Positions 37,951 through 48,654 of a stretch of DNA of 64,000 nucleotides are shown in pieces. The position numbers and the translations under genes are program-made. The DNA lies in the NCBI GenBank assembly GCA_965222075.1, contig OZ244937.1, positions 1,024,001-1,088,000 on the forward strand. Reading direction: 5' to 3'. Source of the DNA: Candidatus Latescibacterota bacterium (lineage in GTDB: Bacteria > Latescibacterota > UBA2968 > GCA-2709665). Below the pieces are notes generated by a model. That model did no database searches. It worked only from the letters and a program-made list of their open reading frames with translations, and was not told where the DNA came from. The number at the start of each line of letters is the position of its first letter. Within the stretch, counting starts at the first letter, position 1.

Positions 37951-39999
37951 TTGGCGACCGAACCGAAAGATGGTGAACAAGAAGATATAGCGCAATACGA
38001 ATCCATTATGCCGGAGGACGCGCCCTTCGAAGATGGGTTTAACGTGAAGACCATCTGGGCGACCCTGTTTGTGGGGATCGTGATGCTGCCCGGGGCGATC
38101 TACCTGGGGCTGGTCACCGGGCAGAGCATGGCGGGCGCATCGGAGTGGGTGACCATTATCCTCTTTTTGGAGATCGCCAAGCGGTCTTTTGTGCGGCTTA
38201 AGACCCAGGAGCTGATTGTCATCTACTGGGTGGCCGGTGGTCTTTTGGGGTTGGGAGCCCGGCTGGGGAGTGGGGCGCATATGTACGGGGGCCCCTTTGG
38301 GGGGCTGATCTGGGACCAGTATTTGATCCAGTCTCCGGCGGCCAAGGGTCTGGCCAAGTATATTCCAGACTGGGTGGTTCCGCCGCTGGATACGCCGGTT
38401 TACGTTGAGCGGACGTTTGTCCACAGCGCGTGGATCAAGCCGGTCCTGATCCTTTTCACGGTGATGGTGATCCTCAGAACCGCCCACCTCGCGTTCGGCT
38501 ATATCATGTTCCGGGTGACGAACGACATCGAAAAGCTGCCCTTTCCGCTGGCGCCGGTACAGGCGAGGGGCGCCACGGCACTGGCCGAGAGCTCGGCCAA
38601 GCAGGAGGGGTGGCGCTGGCGGGTGTTCAGCACGGGGACCTGCATCGGTCTGATCTGGGGGCTTTTGTATGTGGTGGTGCCAACGATGTCGAGCATCTTC
38701 CTGACGGACACGGTACAGATCCTGCCGATCCCGTTCATCGACTTTACCGCGGAGATCAAGACGATCCTGCCCACGGCGATCTTCGGGCTGGGGACCGACC
38801 TTGCGCACCTGCTCATCGGATTCGTGCTGCCGTTCTACGTTGTCATCGGGTCGTTTGCCGGGGCCATCATCAGCAACCTGGTGATCAATCCCTTGCTGCT
38901 CTACAAGATCGGCGTCCTGCAGCGCTGGTCGCCGGGCATGACGGCCATCCCGGCCAGCATCTCCAACCGGTTCGACTTCTGGCTGAGCTTCGGAATCGGG
39001 ACGGCGCTGGTGATCGCACTTACCGGGTTCTACATCGTGGGCAAGGCCCTCTTGGAGCAGCGCCGGAAGGTGCGGGAGACGGGACACCAGACGATGGGGG
39101 TAGGCCTGGAAGATCTGCCCGAGGGGCGGGGCGATCTGAAGATGCTCTATCCGATTTTGCTGTGGGCGGTGGCGACGGTAGGATTCATCGCCATGTGCCG
39201 GGTGCTGGTGCCGGAGTTCCACTGGGGGTGGCTGATTTTCTTCGGGTTTATCTACTCGCCGCTCACCTCCTATATCGGGGCGCGCATGATCGGGCTGACG
39301 GGCAATCCTTATGGTGCGGGCATCCCCTACATCCGGGAGGCGGCCATCTTCCTGTCGGGGTACAAAGGCGCGGATATCTGGTTTGCGCCGCTGCCTCTGC
39401 ACAACTACGGGACGGCGGTGCCGGCCTTCAAGCAGCTGGAACTGACAAAGACGAAGTTTGTAAGCTACGTAAAGCTGACGATTCTGACTACGTTCGTCAT
39501 CTTTATCTGCAGCTTTGTCTTCTGGGAGTTCATCTGGAGGCTGGGGCCGATCCCGTCGTCCACCTATCCCTACGTGCAGATGTTCTGGCCGTTTGAGGCG
39601 ACGATGCAGACGATGTGGATCAAGTCGACACTGCCGCCAGAAGAGGTTCAGGGGGCTGTCGGGTTGGAGCTGCTGCTGGATATCGTGAAGTTCGATTACG
39701 TTGCTGCCGGATTTGTCGCAGGGCTGGCGATCTATATTATTCTGTCTGCGCTGAAGGCGCCGATATTGATTTTCTTCGGATTTGTTCAGGGGTTGAACTG
39801 GTGGCCGCACTTCGTGATCCTCCAATTTGCGGGAGCGTTGCTGGGCCGTTACTATTTTGCCAGGCGTTTTGGGGAGTCAAAGTGGCAGGCTTACGCGCCG
39901 ATCCTGCTGGCTGGATATTCCTGCGGAATGGGGCTGATCGCGATGACCTCGATTGCCGTGGCCCTGATATCCAAGGCCGTTTCGCAGGTGGTTTTCTAA
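37951..39999 (+). CDS. OPT-like putative peptide transporter
   Basis: Very hydrophobic, many TM helices; DIEKLPFPLAPV; TTG start after GGAG inferred. Confidence 0.75.
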   Translation: MATEPKDGEQEDIAQYESIMPEDAPFEDGFNVKTIWATLFVGIVMLPGAIYLGLVTGQSMAGASEWVTIILFLEIAKRSFVRLKTQELIVIYWVAGGLLGLGARLGSGAHMYGGPFGGLIWDQYLIQSPAAKGLAKYIPDWVVPPLDTPVYVERTFVHSAWIKPVLILFTVMVILRTAHLAFGYIMFRVTNDIEKLPFPLAPVQARGATALAESSAKQEGWRWRVFSTGTCIGLIWGLLYVVVPTMSSIFLTDTVQILPIPFIDFTAEIKTILPTAIFGLGTDLAHLLIGFVLPFYVVIGSFAGAIISNLVINPLLLYKIGVLQRWSPGMTAIPASISNRFDFWLSFGIGTALVIALTGFYIVGKALLEQRRKVRETGHQTMGVGLEDLPEGRGDLKMLYPILLWAVATVGFIAMCRVLVPEFHWGWLIFFGFIYSPLTSYIGARMIGLTGNPYGAGIPYIREAAIFLSGYKGADIWFAPLPLHNYGTAVPAFKQLELTKTKFVSYVKLTILTTFVIFICSFVFWEFIWRLGPIPSSTYPYVQMFWPFEATMQTMWIKSTLPPEEVQGAVGLELLLDIVKFDYVAAGFVAGLAIYIILSALKAPILIFFGFVQGLNWWPHFVILQFAGALLGRYYFARRFGESKWQAYAPILLAGYSCGMGLIAMTSIAVALISKAVSQVVF

Positions 40000-40164
40000 G
40001 TCACGAGGACTCGTGACCGGGGTGGGGTGTGGGAAGGGTAGGACGCATAGGGGAACTTTTGCCCGGGTGGGGATCGTCTAAGTCATACGACCAACTTACC
40101 CGGGCAGCTTCTTTTTTCCCGGGGGGATTTCGGAGGGAGATACATATTCATAAGGAGGCGCACC

Positions 40165-40623
40165 ATGAGGGGGGCAGCAAGAACAGGATGTTTCGTGGTG
40201 GCAATCGGTTTGATCGCATCGCTGTCGTTAGAGGCACAGCCTCAGGGCGGTGGGCGGGGTGGGTGGGGTGGGCGCGTCGGGATGATGGCTGCGCGTTTTA
40301 TCCCGGTGGAACAGACGCTGGGGTTCCTGGCCTTTGACGAGAAGATCGGGCTGGCCGACGATCAGCTCCTCAAGGTTCGAAAAGAACTGAAAACGGTTCA
40401 CAAGAAACGGGCCGAGCTTATGCAGGAGATGCAGGGAGGGCAAAGGGACCGTCAGGCAATGATGGAGAAGGTCCGGGGGCTTCGCGGAGAGATGCTGGAG
40501 AAGCTCACAGGCATTTTAAATGCCGAGCAGAACAAGGTGCTGGCAGAATACATGGAAAGGATGCAGAATCGGCGGAGACGGGGTGGTGGGCGTCAGGGGG
40601 GTGGAGGGGGTGAGAGGCTGTAG
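40165..40623 (+). CDS. Spy/CpxP-like periplasmic helical protein
   Basis: Signal peptide; IGLADDQ and ILNAEQ (LTxxQ-like); Gly/Arg-rich ends. Confidence 0.7.
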   Translation: MRGAARTGCFVVAIGLIASLSLEAQPQGGGRGGWGGRVGMMAARFIPVEQTLGFLAFDEKIGLADDQLLKVRKELKTVHKKRAELMQEMQGGQRDRQAMMEKVRGLRGEMLEKLTGILNAEQNKVLAEYMERMQNRRRRGGGRQGGGGGERL

Positions 40624-40776
40624 GTCCTTTCCCCTGCGAAAGAAACCGCGTCGTCGGGAACACCGGCGCCGCCAGCTTGTATGGGGATTTTCCTGTTGAC
40701 AGATGAATTCAGCCGAATTACCTTGGTTCCGGAGGTTTCAAGCGGTTACAAAAGGAGGTGTGCAAGAAGAGGCGGG

Positions 40777-42156
40777 ATGGATTTTCATCACGTTCTGAGC
40801 CAGGTCGAGCGTCCGTTTACGTTTGCGGTGGTGGGGGATACCCACTTTACGCTGCCGGAGTTCTCTCCAGATCCAGACGGGAGGAGGACCGCTCTCAGGC
40901 CACTGGATGTTGACCAATACGTCGAGAATGTGGCCTATGTCCTCTCTCCGATGATGGATGCTCTGAAGGCGGAGGCGCCGGCTTTTGTTGTGATGACGGG
41001 AGACCTGGTGGAGGGGCATGGAGACCCGGGGCGGGCGGAAATACAGGCGGGGCTGGATTTCTTCGATTCTTATGGTCTCCCGCTGTTGCTTGCCCGGGGA
41101 AACCACGACCGGGTAGAGGCGTTCGGTGAGGTCGTCCAGCCTTATCTTTCCCGGGTGCTGGGGAGGGAGCTGGAGGAGGGGCACTATTTCACAGATGTGG
41201 CCGGATGTCAGCTTGTGGTCTTAGATAGCACCACCTGGAAGCATGGAGGGGAACAGCATCGTTGGCTGGAGGATTTGCTGAAACAGAGCCGGAATATCGA
41301 CATTGATCGGACGTTCCTGTTTGGACACCACCCCATCTGGCCGGTGGCCCGGGCATTTTTTACCAATCTCGATTTTTGTCGGGATATGCCCGAACTCCTG
41401 GAACGGTATCCGGTGGATGCTTTTTTCTGCGGCCATACTCACAACCAGAGTATTATTATGCATCGGACCGGAAGGCAACCGGTCCTTCAGTTTATGGGGG
41501 CGCCGATCGGGTTGCCCGAGGAAATCCCAACGCCCTTAGACCGGGTGCAGGCGTTGCTCCCCCCCCCAGACGATTTGTTGACCTGCTGGCCGGGCTACCT
41601 TGAGAATACGGCGCCGGGGTGGTTTACGGTACGGGTGGGCAGGCAGTCGGTGAGGGTTGAGTGGCACCATCTGAATCGGGGAGCCGAAACCACGGTCCGG
41701 TGGCGTCGCCGGGGAGATCTTACCGCTTTTCGTGAGATGACGTACCCACCGGATGCACGGCTGATTTACAGTGACCTGAACCATATCCGAAGGGCCTGTT
41801 TGAGGTTTTGCGCCTGGGATGCCATACAGCCTGGAAAACGCGTTGTTCTAAACGGAAAAGAGATCGGCGTTTTGCCCCCGGGGAACGCGTTCGCCCCCGG
41901 CAGAATGGAACTGCCGGCGTGGGCGCTGGGCGGGCTCCGAATGGAGAACCGGATTGAGATTCAGGCTCCCGAAGATGAGGCGAGCACGGTGGGCAATCTG
42001 GTGCTGGAGGCCGTGCTGCCGGGTGGACGCTTCGTGCGCACACGTCCCACAGGGGAGATTTTTACCTGGTCCGATCGGTGGGATGCCTGGCGGCTGAGAA
42101 CGCTGCAGAAGGTGGCGCCGGGCAGATCGATTGTGACGCTGCTTTCGTTCTGGTAA
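40777..42156 (+). CDS. Calcineurin-like metallophosphoesterase
   Basis: GDTH, GDLV, GNHD, GHH, GHTH. Confidence 0.9.
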   Translation: MDFHHVLSQVERPFTFAVVGDTHFTLPEFSPDPDGRRTALRPLDVDQYVENVAYVLSPMMDALKAEAPAFVVMTGDLVEGHGDPGRAEIQAGLDFFDSYGLPLLLARGNHDRVEAFGEVVQPYLSRVLGRELEEGHYFTDVAGCQLVVLDSTTWKHGGEQHRWLEDLLKQSRNIDIDRTFLFGHHPIWPVARAFFTNLDFCRDMPELLERYPVDAFFCGHTHNQSIIMHRTGRQPVLQFMGAPIGLPEEIPTPLDRVQALLPPPDDLLTCWPGYLENTAPGWFTVRVGRQSVRVEWHHLNRGAETTVRWRRRGDLTAFREMTYPPDARLIYSDLNHIRRACLRFCAWDAIQPGKRVVLNGKEIGVLPPGNAFAPGRMELPAWALGGLRMENRIEIQAPEDEASTVGNLVLEAVLPGGRFVRTRPTGEIFTWSDRWDAWRLRTLQKVAPGRSIVTLLSFW

Positions 42157-42207
42157 GGGCAGATGTGAAACGACGAATTGTACTTAGTAAGGGAGACATA
42201 GAACGCG

Positions 42208-44310
42208 ATGCGTAAAGCGCAATTCACCAACCGCCTGACCCACGAGACAAGCCCCTACCTGTTGCAACATGCCCACAATCCGGTGGACTGGTATGCCTGG
42301 GGAGAAGAGGCGCTGGAGGTGGCCCGCAAAGAAGACAAGCCGATCTTTCTGAGCATCGGGTATTCGGCCTGTCACTGGTGCCATGTGATGGAGCACGAAT
42401 CGTTTGAGAGCGAAGCGATTGCGGCAATCATGAACGCGCACTTTGTGAATATCAAGGTCGATCGGGAAGAACGGCCCGACCTGGACGAGATTTACATGAA
42501 CGCCGTGCAGATGATGACGGGGTCGGGCGGCTGGCCGATGAGCGTTTTTTTGACGCCGGAGGGGGTGCCGTTTTACGGCGGGACGTATTTTCCTCCCGAG
42601 AGCCAATACGGCCGTCCGGGGTTTCGTGAGGTCCTGCTGGCCGTATCGCGACACTATCGGGCAAACCGGGAGAAGGTTGGGGAGACGGGCGGCAGGCTGA
42701 TGGAGGGGTTGCAGCGGCTTGCCCGGTTGCAGACCACGGAAGGGGAGTTGGATGCAAACCTGCCATCGGCGGCCTTTTCACGGATTGCCCGGAATTTTGA
42801 CGCGAGGAACGGAGGGTTTGGCTCTCAACCGAAATTTCCGAATACGATGAACCTGTCGGTTTTTCTCCGGGAATTCGCACGAACGGAAACCCCGCAAGCG
42901 CTGGATATGGTGAAACTGACGCTGGAGAAGATGGCACGCGGGGGGATTTACGATCAGCTTGGGGGCGGGTTCCACCGCTATTCGGTCGATGACCGGTGGC
43001 TGGTGCCCCACTTTGAGAAGATGCTCTACGACAACGCTTTGCTCGCGAAGCTCTACCTGGAGGCCTACCAGGCAACCGGCAACCCCTTCCTGCAACGGAT
43101 TGTGCGGGAGACCCTGGCCTATGTGATGCGGGAGATGACCGATCCGGAAGGGGGGTTTTACTCAACGCAGGATGCCGACAGCGAGGGGGAAGAGGGGAAG
43201 TTTTTCGTTTGGGACCCAGAAGAGGTCGAAGCCCTGATGGGAGTGGAGGATGCGCCCCTCTTTTGCCGATACTTCGGCGTCAGCCCGGAAGGAAACTTCG
43301 AACACGGCAAGAGCATCCTGAACGTATCGGTCGACTTAGAGGACCTGGCAAAGTTTCTGAAGGTAGACGAACAGAGGCTGGCCGATGCCGTTGAACGGGG
43401 GCGGAAGGCGCTGTTCGAGGCGCGAGAAAAACGGGTAAAGCCCGGACGGGACGAGAAGATCCAGGTAAACTGGAACGGACTGATGATTTCGGCGTTTGCC
43501 GCGGCCTACCAGACGCTGCGGGAACCGGCCTACCTGCAAACGGCCGAGCAGGCGGCCCGGTTTATCCTGGACCGGATGCGGACCGGGGAGGGGTACCTCC
43601 TGCATACCTATAAGGATGGACGGGCGCGTTTTACGGGGTACCAGGACGATTATGCCTTCCTGATCAACGCCTCAGTCGATCTCTACGGGGCGACGTTTGA
43701 CCTGGCATGGCTGAAGGCGGCGCAGGGGTTGGCCGAGCTTATGGTCGAACAATTCTGGGACGACGCAGAGGGGGGGTTCTTCTTCATTGGCAGGGACCAC
43801 GAGGAATTGATCGTCCGGTCGAAGAACCCTTACGACAACGCCATTCCTTCCGGGAATTCCGTCGGCGCGATGGCGTTGATGCGGTTGGGGACCATTCTGG
43901 GTCGAAAGGATTTCTGTGAGAAGGCCGAGCGGACGCTGAGGCTGTTTCAGCCGTTCATGCGCGAGATGCCGTCGGGATTTGGGCAGATGGTTTGTGCGCT
44001 TGATTTCTTTCTCCAGCGTCCCGTGGAGGTGGTCATTGTAGGGCCGCTGCAGGCTGACGAGACACAGGGCCTTTTGGCGGCGGTGCGGAAGCGGTGGCTG
44101 CCAAACCACGTGGTGACGCTTTGCGACTTGGAAGGGGACGGTGAGGCCCTGGAGATGATTCCCCAACTGCCCGGCAAGAAACAGGTGGATGGAAGGCCCA
44201 CGGCCTATGTGTGCCGGGATTTGACCTGTTCTGCCCCGGTCACGGAGATCAGTGCGCTGGAGGCGCTGTTGGAAGACAGGGGTCGGGGGTCGGGAGTCGG
44301 GGGGCGGTAG
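42208..44310 (+). CDS. Thioredoxin-domain protein (YyaL/SPATA20, DUF255)
   Basis: [41 protein letters not shown]. Confidence 0.95.
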   Translation: MRKAQFTNRLTHETSPYLLQHAHNPVDWYAWGEEALEVARKEDKPIFLSIGYSACHWCHVMEHESFESEAIAAIMNAHFVNIKVDREERPDLDEIYMNAVQMMTGSGGWPMSVFLTPEGVPFYGGTYFPPESQYGRPGFREVLLAVSRHYRANREKVGETGGRLMEGLQRLARLQTTEGELDANLPSAAFSRIARNFDARNGGFGSQPKFPNTMNLSVFLREFARTETPQALDMVKLTLEKMARGGIYDQLGGGFHRYSVDDRWLVPHFEKMLYDNALLAKLYLEAYQATGNPFLQRIVRETLAYVMREMTDPEGGFYSTQDADSEGEEGKFFVWDPEEVEALMGVEDAPLFCRYFGVSPEGNFEHGKSILNVSVDLEDLAKFLKVDEQRLADAVERGRKALFEAREKRVKPGRDEKIQVNWNGLMISAFAAAYQTLREPAYLQTAEQAARFILDRMRTGEGYLLHTYKDGRARFTGYQDDYAFLINASVDLYGATFDLAWLKAAQGLAELMVEQFWDDAEGGFFFIGRDHEELIVRSKNPYDNAIPSGNSVGAMALMRLGTILGRKDFCEKAERTLRLFQPFMREMPSGFGQMVCALDFFLQRPVEVVIVGPLQADETQGLLAAVRKRWLPNHVVTLCDLEGDGEALEMIPQLPGKKQVDGRPTAYVCRDLTCSAPVTEISALEALLEDRGRGSGVGGR

Positions 44311-44330
44311 GAGCGACCGACCGGTCGCCC
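44307..44330 (+). repeat. GTAG-type REP-like palindrome
   Basis: GTAGGAGCGACCGACCGGTCGCCC. Confidence 0.55.
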
Positions 44331-44379
44331 GTTGTGATCGCCATTGTTCAATAACCCATTTATAAGACAGGAGGTCAGG

Positions 44380-44928
44380 ATGGCGGATGTCCTTATCGTT
44401 GGCGACGGCCCAGGGGGGTTGAGCGCTGCGTTGTTTTTGGCCAAGAATGCGGTGGATGTTACGGTTTTGGGTCAGGATACCACGCCTGTGCACAAGGCAA
44501 TGTTCTACAACTACCTGGGCATTCCGAAGATGACCGGAAGTGAGTTTCAGAAAATCGGTCGTGAACAGGTCAAAAGTTTCGGAGCCGAGATCCACGATGT
44601 GAAGGTCAGCGCCACGGAAAAGACCGAGGGCGGCTTTGCGGTTACCACCGTGGGGGGAGATCGTCATGAGGGGAAATACCTGATCCTCGCGACGGGGACC
44701 AACGTGCAACTCGCGCAAAGTCTGGGCCTGACAAAGGGAAAAGACGGACTTGAGGTAGACCGGGATGGCCGGACTTCCGTTGAAGGGCTTTATGCGTTGG
44801 GCTGGAGTACGCGGCTAAAAAAAACCCAGGCGATTATCTCGGCCGGTCAGGGAGCTGCCACGGCGCTGGATATTCTCTCTACAGAGACCGGAGAAGAGGG
44901 GTTTCACGATTTCGACGTTGTGGAATAA
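44380..44928 (+). CDS. FAD-dependent oxidoreductase (short thioredoxin-reductase-like)
   Basis: IVGDGPGGLSAA, LILATG, TSVEGLYALG. Confidence 0.88.
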   Translation: MADVLIVGDGPGGLSAALFLAKNAVDVTVLGQDTTPVHKAMFYNYLGIPKMTGSEFQKIGREQVKSFGAEIHDVKVSATEKTEGGFAVTTVGGDRHEGKYLILATGTNVQLAQSLGLTKGKDGLEVDRDGRTSVEGLYALGWSTRLKKTQAIISAGQGAATALDILSTETGEEGFHDFDVVE

Positions 44929-44950
44929 CGGCAAGAACGCCGGTGAAGCA

Positions 44951-44980
44951 GGCCCCGCCGATTCGGTGCTCGGTGGGGCC
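44951..44980. terminator. Hairpin between convergent genes
   Basis: GGCCCCGCCGA..TCGGTGGGGCC. Confidence 0.5.
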
Positions 44981-45021
44981 ATTCATTTGAACCAGGGTGG
45001 GGGAGACGCCGCCTGAACGAT

Positions 45022-45597
45022 TCATTCGAATTTTAGCGCTCGGCGTTCGATGGTGACGCTTTCTATGACGACTCTTCGGAGGGGGTTGTGATTTTTGTCC
45101 CGTTTGACAAGGGAGATTTTTTTGGTCACGTCCAGGCCGTCCACGACGTACCCGAAGACGGTGTAGCCATGATCGAGGTGAGGCTGAGGGTCCACACAGA
45201 TGTAGAACTGGCTGCCGTTTGACTCCCGCTGCGGGTTGGCTTCGTCCGGCGCTCGGGCCGCAGCGAGCGCCCCCCGGATGTGCCTGTGTTTGAATTCCGG
45301 CGCAAGGGTGTAGCCCGGCCCCCCAGTGCCATCGTTGAAACGGTCTTTGTCCTTGCTGTTGGGGTCGCCTCCCTGGATCATGAAACCGGGAATGACCCTG
45401 TGGAATGTGGCGCCGTTGTAAAAGCCGTCCCGCGCGAGCTTTTTAAAGTTGCTCACGTGTTTGGGGGTATCGTCGTAGAAGGCAACGACAATGGTCCCCA
45501 GGTTGGTCCGGATCACACCGACTTCCTTACCTTTCTCGCCGCAGGCGACCAGGGCGAGAGAAAAAAAAAGGCACCATCCGAAACGCCAGATGTCCAT
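45022..45597 (-). CDS. Cyclophilin-type peptidyl-prolyl isomerase (lipoprotein)
   Basis: FHRVIPGFMIQGGDP, NGSQFYI, YTVFG; LVAC lipobox. Confidence 0.95.
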   Translation of the reverse strand: MDIWRFGWCLFFSLALVACGEKGKEVGVIRTNLGTIVVAFYDDTPKHVSNFKKLARDGFYNGATFHRVIPGFMIQGGDPNSKDKDRFNDGTGGPGYTLAPEFKHRHIRGALAAARAPDEANPQRESNGSQFYICVDPQPHLDHGYTVFGYVVDGLDVTKKISLVKRDKNHNPLRRVVIESVTIERRALKFE

Positions 45598-45663
45598 GTT
45601 CCCTCCTGAATAGGTGAAATGTGAAACGGCAGAAAAAAGTTGCGAGTCAAAGTCGAAAACCGG

Positions 45664-46755
45664 TCAATAATACCGCTGGGGCGCGTCTTTTTTTGGAGCA
45701 GGTGGCCTTTGCGGTCCGTCTTTTTCCGGGATGCTGTCTTGATCAAGGATTTTTCGAGAGACGTAGACGGGCAGGTTCATCCGTACGGCTAAGGCCATGG
45801 CGTCGCTGGGACGCGAATCGATCTGGATGGAGGTCCCATCGGCCTTCCGGAGGGTCAGGATGGCGCGGTAAGCGCTGTTTTGGGTCTCATCGGTTAGAAC
45901 GTCCACCAGGATGGAAGTGATCCGGATGCCGGTGTATTCCAGGACAGACTGGAACAGGTCGTGGGTGAGGGGGCGGGGAAAGTCCTGGTTATAGAGCTTG
46001 CGCACAATTGCCATGGCCTCACATTTGCCGATCCAGATGGGAAGAAACCGCGCTTCCATCGGATCGTGGAGAAAGGCAACGTACTGCCGAAGAGAATCGA
46101 GGCCTATGTTGTAGACATCGGTTTTGACTGGTTCCCCTTCGGATGACCGGGGGGACTGGACGGGTGGGGCGGGCAGGTCGCCCAGCGCCTCTTTGAGGGG
46201 GGCGGGCTTTTGAGGCACATGCTTTGTCGTGCTGTTTTGATCGAGGATTTTTCCAGAGACATAGACGGGCAGGTTCATCCGTACGGCTAAGGCCATGGCG
46301 TCGCTGGGACGCGAATCGATCTGGATGGAGGTCCCATCGGCCTTCCGGAGGGTCAGGATGGCGAAATAGGTAAAGGTGTCCGTGTCCTGGGCCAGGGGGC
46401 GCAACTGGTCCACCAGGATGGAGGTGATCCGGATGCCGGTGTATTCCAGGACAGACTGGAACAGGTCGTGGGTGAGGGGGCGGGGAAAGTCCTGGTTATA
46501 GAGCTTGCGTGCAATTGCCATGGCCTCACATTTGCCGATCCAGATGGGGAGAAACCGCTTTTCCACCGGATCGTGGAGAAAGGCAACGTACTGCCGAAGA
46601 GAATCGAGGTCTATGTTGTAGACATCGGTCTTGACAGCATCCGGTACCGTGAGGCCCTGGGCAGATGCTGTGGAAGGGTTGTATCCACCTGCGTAGAGGC
46701 TTACCGTGCAGCCGAGGAGAGCAAGAAGATGCCGGAGCAAACCGATGGTGGCCAT
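45664..46755 (-). CDS. Tandem bifunctional nuclease (DUF151/BFN) domains with signal peptide
   Basis: Two copies of LPIWIG..EA.AI..RPLTHDL..IDSRPSDAMALA. Confidence 0.9.
   Translation of the reverse strand: MATIGLLRHLLALLGCTVSLYAGGYNPSTASAQGLTVPDAVKTDVYNIDLDSLRQYVAFLHDPVEKRFLPIWIGKCEAMAIARKLYNQDFPRPLTHDLFQSVLEYTGIRITSILVDQLRPLAQDTDTFTYFAILTLRKADGTSIQIDSRPSDAMALAVRMNLPVYVSGKILDQNSTTKHVPQKPAPLKEALGDLPAPPVQSPRSSEGEPVKTDVYNIGLDSLRQYVAFLHDPMEARFLPIWIGKCEAMAIVRKLYNQDFPRPLTHDLFQSVLEYTGIRITSILVDVLTDETQNSAYRAILTLRKADGTSIQIDSRPSDAMALAVRMNLPVYVSRKILDQDSIPEKDGPQRPPAPKKDAPQRYY
45741..46634. repeat. Near-identical ~390-bp direct duplication (~45741-46128 and ~46239-46634)
   Basis: Long identical stretches, e.g. 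ggcaggttcatccgtacggctaaggccatggcgtcgctgggacgcgaatcgatctggatgg. Confidence 0.93.
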
Positions 46756-46916
46756 CGTGCCCCCTTTCCGGCCAGTGGATCCGATTCTCGGTTGAGATAC
46801 CCCTTACTCGGGTGGTCGTTGATTCCGGGTTGGGGCTCGAATTTTCGCAGGAAAATATAGGGGGGATCTGCGTTTGAAGCAACCCAAAACTTTAGAATGG
46901 TCGGCCGGTTTGCAGG

Positions 46917-46945
46917 TTGACAAGATCTCAGAAATATTCTATCTT
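46917..46945 (+). promoter_or_regulatory. Sigma70 promoter for the yicC operon
   Basis: TTGACA-17 bp-TATCTT. Confidence 0.7.
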
Positions 46946-47013
46946 TACAAGCTACGTAATTTTATAGACTTCGGTTGGGAACAAGAATAGACGTGCAGCC
47001 GTGAGGAGGGACG

Positions 47014-47892
47014 ATGGTTGCCAGTATGACCGGTTTTGGCAGGGGAGAGACCGAGGCAGACGGCTATTGGACATCGGTGGAAGTTCGATCGGTCAACGGG
47101 CGCTATGGGGATGTATCGGTACACCTGCCCCGGACGCTGGCGGAATTGGAGTCCAGAATCAAGGAGGTGGTGCTTTCCACCATTTCCCGAGGGCACGTCA
47201 GCGTCTCCATAACGCTGAAAGGTGAAGCGGTGGGGTGGGGTGTTCCGGTTGTAAACGTGGGGATTCTGGAGGCCTACAAGGAGGGGCTGGAGGTTCTAAA
47301 GGTCCAGATGGGGCTGTCCGGAGAGGTGGACCTGATGCAGGCGGCCATGCTGCCCAATATTTTCGAATTTGAAACCAAAGCACCCGACGTAGAAGCGATC
47401 TGGGCGGTTGTGGAACCCGCCTGCCAGGCGGGCGTGGCCCAGTGCCAGGCTATGCGGCGGATGGAGGGTGAAAAGCTGGCTCAGGACCTTGTGAACCGTA
47501 TTGGGAGGTTAGAGACCCTGGTTTGCAAAGTCGAAGAACTGGCCCCTGCGCGTGTGGAGACGGTTCGGCAGAAGTTAGAGAAGAAGCTCCAGGAATTCCT
47601 CGCCCCGGAACAGGTCGACGAGAACCGACTGCTCATGGAGGTCGCTCTGCTTGCCGAGCGCAGCGATATTACGGAAGAGTACGTCCGGTTCCGCAGCCAC
47701 AACGCGCAATTTCTCCAGACGCTCACATGGGATGAGGCAGTGGGACGGCGGCTGAATTTTCTCCTCCAGGAGATGCTCCGGGAAGCCAATACCATCGGAT
47801 CGAAGGCCGGCGATGTGGAAATTGCCCATCTGGTGGTGGAGATGAAAGAGGAGATTGAGAAGCTCAAAGAGCAGGTGCAGAATATCGAGTAG
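47014..47892 (+). CDS. yicC: YicC/YloC family endoribonuclease
   Basis: SMTGFG, RSVNGR, GRRLNFLLQEMLREANTIGSK, EQVQNIE. Confidence 0.95.
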   Translation: MVASMTGFGRGETEADGYWTSVEVRSVNGRYGDVSVHLPRTLAELESRIKEVVLSTISRGHVSVSITLKGEAVGWGVPVVNVGILEAYKEGLEVLKVQMGLSGEVDLMQAAMLPNIFEFETKAPDVEAIWAVVEPACQAGVAQCQAMRRMEGEKLAQDLVNRIGRLETLVCKVEELAPARVETVRQKLEKKLQEFLAPEQVDENRLLMEVALLAERSDITEEYVRFRSHNAQFLQTLTWDEAVGRRLNFLLQEMLREANTIGSKAGDVEIAHLVVEMKEEIEKLKEQVQNIE

Positions 47893-47938
47893 CCGGTTTT
47901 TCCTTGCGCCGGGGAGGATGTCCTTGGGGCCCTGTTTT

Positions 47939-48634
47939 ATGGATAAACAGCTTTCTGCTGAGCATGCCGGCGTTTTAATCGAGCTGAACGAACGGCTTAA
48001 CCTGAATCCCAGGGCGTTTGCCCTTGTGGTGTCGGGGCCTTCGGGGGTCGGCAAGTCGTCGATCTGTAAAGGCGTTTTGGAGCAAGACCCGGGCGTACAG
48101 CCCTGTGTGACAACCACCACCCGTATCAAAAGGCCCGGAGAAGTAGAGGGTGTAGACCACCATTTTATCTCGGAAGCGGTCTTTGGCGAGAAGGTGGCCC
48201 GGGGAGAATTTATCGAGCGGGCGGAAGTTTATGGGTTCTATTATGGCGCAACAATTGACGCCGTTTCAACGGCGCTGGCCAATGGGCAGGTGGTGTTGCT
48301 GGATGTGGATGTGCAGGGCGCGGCGACCTGGAAGGAGGTATTCAAGGACCGATGTGTGACCGTCTTTGTCCTTCCGCCTTCCATAGCGGTGCTTAAAAGG
48401 CGCCTGGAGGGACGAAAGACGGAAGCAAAAACAGCCTTCCGAAGGAGGATGGAAAGTGTTTGGAAGGAAATCGGGCAGGCGGAGTCGTACGATTATCTGA
48501 TTATCAATCACAGCCTGGAGCAGGCGATTCCGGATCTTCAAGCGATTATTCGGGCAGAGAAACGCCGGCCCTGGCGGATGCAGGACGTTCTCTCTGGATT
48601 CGGCGTTTCGCAAGGAGCGGACGATTCAACTTAA
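47939..48634 (+). CDS. gmk: Guanylate kinase
   Basis: SGPSGVGKS, TTR..RPGEVEGVDHHF, DVDVQG, PPS. Confidence 0.95.
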   Translation: MDKQLSAEHAGVLIELNERLNLNPRAFALVVSGPSGVGKSSICKGVLEQDPGVQPCVTTTTRIKRPGEVEGVDHHFISEAVFGEKVARGEFIERAEVYGFYYGATIDAVSTALANGQVVLLDVDVQGAATWKEVFKDRCVTVFVLPPSIAVLKRRLEGRKTEAKTAFRRRMESVWKEIGQAESYDYLIINHSLEQAIPDLQAIIRAEKRRPWRMQDVLSGFGVSQGADDST

Positions 48635-48654
48635 CCTGGGGAAGGGTGCACCCA

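Noticed and set aside
37855-39825. 656-aa antisense ORF and other long antisense/alternate-frame ORFs
   Set aside because: GC-rich codon shadows of well-supported genes, with no recognisable motifs.
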